In this document: positions 57,566 through 64,000 of the stretch, in pieces | Numbering within the stretch: position 1 is the stretch's first letter | Layout: every line of letters starts with the position of its first letter | Assembly: GCA_965248925.1 (NCBI GenBank) | Contig: CBDFLE010000006.1 | Coordinates: 2,336,001 to 2,400,000 of the forward strand | Length of the DNA stretch: 64,000 nt | Direction: 5' to 3' | DNA from: Candidatus Multivoradales bacterium | Lineage (GTDB): Bacteria; Acidobacteriota; Thermoanaerobaculia; Multivoradales; J023 | The notes under the pieces: generated by a model | Seen by the model: the letters and a program-made list of their open reading frames with translations, nothing else | The model's database searches: none | Told to the model about the DNA's origin: nothing | Position numbers and translations under genes: made by a program

Positions 57566-58039
57566 ATGAAGATCAAGACTTGCCTCGCCTTTGCGACGAT
57601 CGCAGCCGTGCTACTGACGGCTGCACCGGTACTAGCGGCGGGTGGCGACGACATCCTCGGCATCTGGGTGACCCCGGAAGGCCGCACGCACGTCGAGATC
57701 TATAAAGACGGCGAGACCTATTCCGGCAAGATAATCTGGCTCGGCGAGCCCGATTACCCCGCCGACGATGACCGCGACATGGCCGGCAAACCCAAGGTCG
57801 ACCGCGAAAATCCAGACCAGAAACTGCGCGATCAACCGCTGGTCGGCCTGCAATTACTGCGCAACCTGCAAGCCTCGGGAAGCTCGTGGAAAAACGGCTC
57901 GATCTACGATCCGAAAGAGGGCAAGACTTACAAATGCAAGGCTTCGCTCAAGGGCGACACCCTGCACCTGCGCGGCTACATCGGCTTCTCCCTGATCGGC
58001 CGCACCTCGCTGTGGACACGGCTACAAGAGGACGGCTGA
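57566..58039 (+). CDS. DUF2147 domain secreted protein
   Basis: ILGIW, GKIIW, WKNGSIYDPKEGKTY, LRGYIG...GRTSLWTR. Confidence 0.92.
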   Translation: MKIKTCLAFATIAAVLLTAAPVLAAGGDDILGIWVTPEGRTHVEIYKDGETYSGKIIWLGEPDYPADDDRDMAGKPKVDRENPDQKLRDQPLVGLQLLRNLQASGSSWKNGSIYDPKEGKTYKCKASLKGDTLHLRGYIGFSLIGRTSLWTRLQEDG

Positions 58040-58057
58040 CGGCTGCACAGGAAACGT

Positions 58058-58096
58058 AAATGGCGGTTCCCCTGCTGCGGGGAAGCGCCATTTTTC
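58058..58096. terminator. Intrinsic terminator between convergent genes, probably bidirectional
   Basis: aaatggcg-g-ttcccc loop ggggaa-g-cgccattttt. Confidence 0.8.
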
Positions 58097-58111
58097 TGCT
58101 TTGCATCCTGG

Positions 58112-59443
58112 CTAGAGGCGTCTAGAGGCGCTGGCCGTTGATGGCCGGGTCACCCGCCGATTGCGTGGGTTGAAACTCGGATCGCCGAACACGCCACGGA
58201 AGTTCGGGTTATCGAGCCGCTGGGTGAGGATCTCGGTGAGGATGTCGCGGTAGTCGATAGTGATCTGCAGGTCCTGGCCGTCGTAGAGTTCGTCATTCTC
58301 CAACCCCGGCCAATCAGTCAACACCCGGCCACCCCGAATCCCGTCCCCCAGCACCAACATCAGGCCGCCATGACCGTGGTCGGTGCCGGCGCTACCGTTC
58401 TCGAAGGCGTTGCGGCCGAATTCAGAGGTCGTGATCGTGGTGACGTTGTTGACCGAATCGCCCTCTAAGTCGGCATGGAAGGCACCGAGTGAGCGGGCAA
58501 ACCCCTGCATCAGGGCGTTCATCCTACCGTCGGTGGGACCTTGGTTGTCGTGGGTATCCCAGCCGCCGATGTCGATGGCGATCGCCTCGACTCCGAGCTG
58601 CGCCTTGATCAGCGCCGCGGTGGTGCGCAGAGCGTAGCCAAAGGCATTCTCCGGGTACTCCGCGCCAGCGGCCGGCTGATAACCGTCGAAACCGATTCTA
58701 TTGAGCAGATTGATGGTGTCGAAAGTGGTGCGCGCAGCGGTCTTCAGTGGCTCGTCGAAGCGCCGGTACATATTCGACAGGGCGAGCCGGCGCTCACTTT
58801 CGGTTGAACCATTTCCTTCCAAGCCGAAATTGGCTAGATCGCTGATTGGCAAGGTCTTGGGCGCACCCGCCAGCGAGCGTTGCAGGCCAAAGCCCAGGCC
58901 CACCGCCCGCAGTACGCCACTTTCGGCGGTCGGCGCGGTGACCTGTAGATGACGTCCCAACCAACCGGAGAAGAGGTTGGCCGGTGGCTCGTCTTGGCCA
59001 ACCTCCATGTTGTGCATGGCCGCGAAATGAGAACGGGTGCTGGAAGGCAGGCCGCAGGCGTGCACCACCAGTAAGTCATCGTTGTTGTAGGCCGCCATCA
59101 GCGGCTCGAAGGCGGGCGGAAAACCGAAGCGCCCGTTCAACCGCAGTGCCCGGTTGGGGTCGCTCGAATCCGGCGGCGGAATGGCGATGGTGGGACGAAG
59201 GCGGTAGTAATTCGGCTCTGCATAGGGCACACACAACGACAACGAGTCGGCGCCGCCGCGCATGAAAATCGCCACCAGCACGTCGCGCGAGCTGTTCTCA
59301 CTATCGGCCAGCACCACTCGCGGCAGCCAGGCCGGCACCGCGGCGGCGGCGGCCAGGCCGGCACCCATGCCAACGAAGTTGCGGCGGGTGAGCTGCCGAG
59401 ACAGCTGGTCGTATTCGCGGCATCCGCGGCATTCATCGGACAT
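58112..59443 (-). CDS. DUF1501 domain protein, Tat-exported
   Basis: TRRNFV Tat motif, FMRGGAD, RSHF, GWLGR, GGWDTH, SEFGR, GTDHG. Confidence 0.92.
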   Translation of the reverse strand: MSDECRGCREYDQLSRQLTRRNFVGMGAGLAAAAAVPAWLPRVVLADSENSSRDVLVAIFMRGGADSLSLCVPYAEPNYYRLRPTIAIPPPDSSDPNRALRLNGRFGFPPAFEPLMAAYNNDDLLVVHACGLPSSTRSHFAAMHNMEVGQDEPPANLFSGWLGRHLQVTAPTAESGVLRAVGLGFGLQRSLAGAPKTLPISDLANFGLEGNGSTESERRLALSNMYRRFDEPLKTAARTTFDTINLLNRIGFDGYQPAAGAEYPENAFGYALRTTAALIKAQLGVEAIAIDIGGWDTHDNQGPTDGRMNALMQGFARSLGAFHADLEGDSVNNVTTITTSEFGRNAFENGSAGTDHGHGGLMLVLGDGIRGGRVLTDWPGLENDELYDGQDLQITIDYRDILTEILTQRLDNPNFRGVFGDPSFNPRNRRVTRPSTASASRRL

Positions 59444-59509
59444 CTGAAAACTCCTCAGTCAACGGCTGGTGATGCTGGTGATCAACGTCTGAGGTTTGCG
59501 GCAACATGC

Positions 59510-61045
59510 TCAATACCTCTGGAAATCGGGAGAGGCCAGCGCCAGACCCATCGCCTCGCGGACCCGACCTTCATCAATCGGCCGACGCTCGAGGAACATT
59601 CGCAATTCGGCCCGAGTGGGCTGTGACATGGTCTCGTCAAGGAGCAGGATGTCGAGCCGCCGGGCCAACTGGCCAGCGTTCAGTTCAGGACGCAGGAAAG
59701 GCCCTTGGGAGACGTCGACACCGCTCTGTTGCTGGTGCGGCAAAACGGCGGAGAAGTTCCACCGCGGAGTAATGTAGCCCGACCAATAACCTTCGCTGTC
59801 GGGGAAGCCGTTGGGCGGACGCCAGGTGAAAGGCAAGTGGCCAGCGGCAAAGAGCGAGTCGAGGGTAAATTGCGGCGATTCGATGCGCGCTTCGAGAGCC
59901 CGCAGTGACGACACTGCGAGGTGGAATGGCCTCTTCAGCTTGGGCTCGCTGCGCTCGATCCGGCCCCGCTTGAGAACTTCTCTGACCACCGCCTGGATGT
60001 CGCCATCGCTGGAGCGAAACACCGACGCCACCTGGTCGACCAAGCCTTGGCCAGGATCGTAGCGGATAAAGAAGCGCAGCAATTTGCGGCAGACAAAATC
60101 CGCGGTCAGCGGATGATCCGCCAAGATGCGCAGCACCCGCTGGCCATCGCGTTGGCCACCACCGGCAGCGATTTCTCGGCCAAGCACCACTTTGCGGCCA
60201 AAATCATGCTGCGATTCGTCGAAGATAAACTCGCCCAGCGCCTCGCCATCACTGCGATACGCCACCCGCCAACCGGTGAAGCAACGCGCCACTTCGCGCA
60301 CGTCTACCTCGGTGTAACCACGGTCGGCGCCCAAGGTGTGCAGCTCCATCAGCTCACGGGCGTAGTTCTCGTTCGGATGCTCCTTGGTGTTGCTGTTGTT
60401 GGTCAGGTAGGTGAGCATGGCGGGGCTGTGGGCACTGGCCCGCAGCAGCTCTAAGAAGTTGCCCAGCGCATGCTTCCGGATCACTTCGCGATCATCCACC
60501 GGCTTGAGGAACTCGACCCCGCCGGCGGCAAAAAAATCTATATTAAAGTGATCGGTCCAAAACACCACCATGCGCTCAAACAGCTGCCGCGGGCTGTAAA
60601 CCGCCCGTAAGAGAGTCGCGTACCACAGCTCCACCGCTATCTGGAATGGCTCGCCTTGGTAGTTCTGAAACAGTTGCGCGGCGCTCATCGACAGAGTCGG
60701 GAAAGCACTTTGCAACAAAGTTTCGAGTTCACTGTCGTCGTAGAAGCGGTAGTTGAGCAAACGATTCAAATAGCGGTTGTAACCGAGCTCTTCGGCCCGC
60801 GCCGCCTCGGCCCGGGTCCAACCCATCGTGGCCCGCTGAATAAGCCGCCGCTGCGCTGCGAGCTCGCCGGCGTCTTTCGCCGAGGCTGCTCCCCCGGCCA
60901 AGGTCTTGGCGGGGGTTGGCTCAATCCACGACTGGGGAATCGCGGGTCGCAACAGCCCTGCCGGCAATCGGGGCAGCACTCTCGCCCCTAGCGCCGGATT
61001 CTGTGGACCGGAGAAGCCAAAGGAAGGAGTTGAGGCAAGTGCCAT
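59510..61045 (-). CDS. DUF1800 domain protein
   Basis: ERMVVFWTDHF, PNENYARELMELHTLG, ARCFTGW. Usual partner of DUF1501. Confidence 0.93.
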   Translation of the reverse strand: MALASTPSFGFSGPQNPALGARVLPRLPAGLLRPAIPQSWIEPTPAKTLAGGAASAKDAGELAAQRRLIQRATMGWTRAEAARAEELGYNRYLNRLLNYRFYDDSELETLLQSAFPTLSMSAAQLFQNYQGEPFQIAVELWYATLLRAVYSPRQLFERMVVFWTDHFNIDFFAAGGVEFLKPVDDREVIRKHALGNFLELLRASAHSPAMLTYLTNNSNTKEHPNENYARELMELHTLGADRGYTEVDVREVARCFTGWRVAYRSDGEALGEFIFDESQHDFGRKVVLGREIAAGGGQRDGQRVLRILADHPLTADFVCRKLLRFFIRYDPGQGLVDQVASVFRSSDGDIQAVVREVLKRGRIERSEPKLKRPFHLAVSSLRALEARIESPQFTLDSLFAAGHLPFTWRPPNGFPDSEGYWSGYITPRWNFSAVLPHQQQSGVDVSQGPFLRPELNAGQLARRLDILLLDETMSQPTRAELRMFLERRPIDEGRVREAMGLALASPDFQRY

Positions 61046-61309
61046 GATCGAATCCCCTTTCACGGGTGGGTGTCTGCATGGGCTGGGCCGTTTCCGCCAG
61101 CGGCTAGCGGCAGCGATTCAGCAACTCCACACTATCTATGCTCGCCAGGCATCCATCGGTTGACAAAACTCTGCCAGCAAACCGTTCTAGCGCCAACATG
61201 TGCCGCGGCCGCGATCAAAACATTACAACATCTCTATTTATAGACCAGATTCATTCCCGAGTAAAGTAGCCATCCGACCGATTCACCCGTCTGCCGCGAG
61301 GAGCTGCCG

Positions 61310-62290
61310 ATGTCTCTATCGAACCGTCACACCGTATTGCCCTTGTTTAGAGTTCTGATCCTGCTGGGGGTTGTTCTCGGCCTCTGCGGCCCGCTCGCAG
61401 CCGAACCGACAGCGCCCTCGATCCACAACGCAAGCCAGCCCGAGGAGGGTCTAATGGCCGCGGGTCAACCCACCGCCGAGCAACTCGGCGCCCTCGCCGA
61501 GGCGGGATTTCGCAGCGTGATCGACATGCGCACGGCGGCCGAGGATCGCGGCTTTGACGAAGCCGCGGAGAGCGCCCGTCTGGGCCTCGCCTACCGGTCG
61601 ATTCCGATCGGCAGGGAGCTGGCCAGTGAGCAGCTGAGTGAAGTGTTCGACGCTCTTGATCAAGCCGAACGTCCCCTGCTGGTGCATTGCGCCAGCTCCA
61701 ACCGGGTTGGCGCCCTCTACTACGCCTATTTGGTGGAGCGAGGCGGCGTGGATATGGCGGTCGCCAGCCAGCGTGCAACTGCTGCTGGCCTGCGCAGCGC
61801 CGCCTTGCGGCAGCAGGTGGAAAGGTTGCTCGAACAGCGCAGCACCACCACCGTGATCCTGGTACGACACGCCGAGAAAACCTCCCCCCACGGTGACCCG
61901 CCGCTGAGCGCCGCTGGCCAGCAGCGCGCAGCGGCCCTGGCCACCCTGCTGCGAGACGCCGAGGTGAGGGCAATCTACGCCACCCAATTCGCCCGCACCC
62001 AGCAGACCGCGGCGCCGCTGGCCACCGTCCTGGGTGTAGAAGTGACGGTGGTGGCGGCTGGCGATTCCTTCGCACCACGGATGGCCAAGCTGCTCAGCCA
62101 GCGGCATGGCGGCGAAGTAGTGGTCAGTATCAGCCACAGCAACACCGTGCCGGCGATCCTGGCCGAACTCGGCATCGCGGACCCACCGCCAATCGCGGAC
62201 CACCAATACGACGGTTTCTACATGGTGACCTTGAGCCGCGCCAAACCCGCCCGTCTAATGACCCTGCGCTACGGAGCGCCAACTCCCTGA
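61310..62290 (+). CDS. Secreted fusion of Cys-based phosphatase-like (DUF442/BLH-type) and histidine phosphatase domains
   Basis: Signal peptide, GQP...VIDMR...HCASSNR (CX5R), then LVRHAEK, RTQQTA and SHSN. Confidence 0.85.
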   Translation: MSLSNRHTVLPLFRVLILLGVVLGLCGPLAAEPTAPSIHNASQPEEGLMAAGQPTAEQLGALAEAGFRSVIDMRTAAEDRGFDEAAESARLGLAYRSIPIGRELASEQLSEVFDALDQAERPLLVHCASSNRVGALYYAYLVERGGVDMAVASQRATAAGLRSAALRQQVERLLEQRSTTTVILVRHAEKTSPHGDPPLSAAGQQRAAALATLLRDAEVRAIYATQFARTQQTAAPLATVLGVEVTVVAAGDSFAPRMAKLLSQRHGGEVVVSISHSNTVPAILAELGIADPPPIADHQYDGFYMVTLSRAKPARLMTLRYGAPTP

Positions 62291-62414
62291 GTCTGAACCC
62301 AGCTCTTCTTCGGAGGGGCGGGTGACCCCCCTCTTGGACTGCCAGAACCGGAACCGCCTAGAGCACAGTGATCCATGACCCGGTGAGCCATAAGACACTC
62401 TGTCGCATAGTTTG

Positions 62415-63572
62415 CTAGCTCCTCAAAGGGGTGAATTTCTCGCCACCCAGCGCCTGGCGAAGACGCTCGCTGAGTGGGCTAGTCTCACCTTCTCTGCGGC
62501 AGCGCGCACGCTGCCAAGTCTGATCGTCGATCTGCAACACGATCGCCGCAACTTTGGGATCGAACTGCTTTCCGGACTGGCGCGCAATCTCAGCCCGAGT
62601 GGTTTCCAAGCTCAGCGCCGGGCGATAGGGGCGATCCGAAGTCATCGCATCGAAGGTATCGACCGCGGCAAAGATCCGTGCCGGTAGGGGAATCGCTTCA
62701 CCTTCGAGCCCGTTGGGATAGCCGTTGCCATCCCAACGCTCGTGATGGGAAAGAACGATGTCGAGGCCGATTCTTGAGATCGACGACATGTGTTGCAACA
62801 TGCGGTGGCCCATCTCGGGATGCTTGCGCATGACTGCCTTCTCCGCCTCGTCAAGCCCCCCGCGCTTGCCCAGGATGGCATCTGGAACCCCGATCTTGCC
62901 AACATCGTGCAGCACCGCGCCCCAGCAAATAGCGCTAAGGTCGGGCTCGACAAATCCCATCCTTCGAGCGACATTGACCGCGTATTCGGCCACCCGCCAT
63001 GAGTGACCTTGGGTCTCGTTGTCGCGCAGGTCTAGAGCGGTGACCAGAGCTTCCAACGCCTCTTCAAACGACCCCTGGAGCTGGACATAAAGATCGCGGA
63101 TCTCTTCATTCTTGGTCACTAGCTCCCGGGTGCGCTCGTCGACCAACAGTTCAAGCTCCTGTCGATAGGCTCGATTCTCGCGCAGCAGACGGCGCTTCTC
63201 GAGCGCCCGCGCGACGATGATCTCGACTTGCTCTAGATCGAATGGCTTGGTGATGTAGTCGGTGGCCCCTTGACGGATCGCGCCAAGAGCAACGTGGGTG
63301 TCGACCACGCCGGTGACCATCACTACGTCAAGATCCAAATCGCGCGCGGCCACCCAACACAGAAGATCGAGCCCGCTTCCATCGGGAAGGTCGATGTCGA
63401 CCAAGACCAGGTCGAGGCGTTCTTGCAGCAGGCTTTGCTTCGCTTCCGCGACCGAGCCCGCTTCGCACACCTCGTGCCCGGCAACACGCATCATTTCACC
63501 CATCAGAGTGACCACCGTCGGTTCATCGTCGACGATCAAGATTCGGCTGGAAATGGCAGCTGGCGAACTCAT
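62415..63572 (-). CDS. Response regulator with HD-GYP cyclic-di-GMP phosphodiesterase domain (RpfG-like)
   Basis: ILIVDD..LVD..KPF receiver, then HDVGK, HHERWDGNGYP and RPYR. Confidence 0.95.
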   Translation of the reverse strand: MSSPAAISSRILIVDDEPTVVTLMGEMMRVAGHEVCEAGSVAEAKQSLLQERLDLVLVDIDLPDGSGLDLLCWVAARDLDLDVVMVTGVVDTHVALGAIRQGATDYITKPFDLEQVEIIVARALEKRRLLRENRAYRQELELLVDERTRELVTKNEEIRDLYVQLQGSFEEALEALVTALDLRDNETQGHSWRVAEYAVNVARRMGFVEPDLSAICWGAVLHDVGKIGVPDAILGKRGGLDEAEKAVMRKHPEMGHRMLQHMSSISRIGLDIVLSHHERWDGNGYPNGLEGEAIPLPARIFAAVDTFDAMTSDRPYRPALSLETTRAEIARQSGKQFDPKVAAIVLQIDDQTWQRARCRREGETSPLSERLRQALGGEKFTPLRS

Positions 63573-63644
63573 TCAACGACGATCCTACATCAGCCGGAAA
63601 TCGCCCTGGCAGAATCCTAGCGAAGCCTGACAAATGACCGCCAC

Positions 63645-64000
63645 TCACCCCTCTCGGCCGCTGGTGGGCTGCTCTCGTTGCAGTGCAGGTGGCACATCCA
63701 ACACTCGCAGAATCGGCAGCAGACCCACTGTATCGTCCCAGAAAACGGTTCGTTGGTACCACCACGCCCAGCGAGCAAACGGGTCGGCGGCGAAATCCTC
63801 GTCGGCCAGTGCTTGTTGCCAGGCCTGACGCTGCTCCGGCTGACCTAGCAAATCATCGACCAGACCCTCCAGGACTCGACTCTCGATGTACTCCTTGCGC
63901 TCGAAGACTGACGACAGAAAACCCCAAGCAAGCAGCGAGTCGGGTGCCTCAGGCTCGAGCAACTGCACGGCTACCTCGAAGTCCGGTTGGTCCGCCGGCA
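63645..64000 (-). CDS. C-terminal part of a probable M14-family peptidase (partial)
   Basis: PADQPDFEVAVQLLEPEAPDSLLAWGF..FERKEY. Frame is open to the window edge and the catalytic region is not visible. Confidence 0.6.
   Translation of the reverse strand, partial: PADQPDFEVAVQLLEPEAPDSLLAWGFLSSVFERKEYIESRVLEGLVDDLLGQPEQRQAWQQALADEDFAADPFARWAWWYQRTVFWDDTVGLLPILRVLDVPPALQREQPTSGREG

Noticed and set aside
61160-61195. TTGACA as a sigma70 promoter for the phosphatase fusion
   Set aside because: No acceptable -10 hexamer at 16-18 bp spacing.

Overview
GC-rich bacterial chromosomal window. Acidobacteriota (Thermoanaerobaculia-like) is my inference from gene content and is not verified. From left to right: (1) A tightly coupled minus-strand operon from 13513 down to <1, running off the left edge. 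It encodes an ACP, an active ketosynthase, a catalytically dead CLF-like ketosynthase, a class I HMG-CoA-reductase-like enzyme, a CrtI/RetSat-type FAD oxidoreductase, an SDR-like/PlsC acyltransferase fusion, an active plus a pseudo ABC1/UbiB kinase, and three paralogous proteins with a shared amphipathic N-terminus. Two atypical LuxR regulators lie upstream. This is the best candidate for an undescribed lipid/polyketide system. (2) An ATP-grasp-glgX-bpt-glgB operon. (3) DUF4097, an ABC exporter and two TlpA proteins. (4) An AT-rich insert encoding a TRADD-N/SEA-like domain fused to an alpha/beta hydrolase. (5) A sulfatase-like lipoprotein, glgP and a frameshifted ORF6N gene. (6) M23 peptidase, antiporter, USP, HtrA, a helical-repeat/pseudokinase/kinase protein and a Glu/Leu/Phe/Val dehydrogenase. 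(7) A roughly 4 kb island bounded by a duplicated yceH 3' half. It carries three copies of a 34-47 bp repeat that truncate an AraC-TPR gene and bracket a YD-repeat plus HExxH peptidase cassette. (8) An FGE-like protein, a dual RND system, DUF2147, DUF1501/DUF1800, a dual-phosphatase fusion, an HD-GYP regulator and a partial M14-like peptidase. I saw no rRNA, tRNA, CRISPR array, integrase or transposase. All family calls come from motif recognition by eye, with no database searches.
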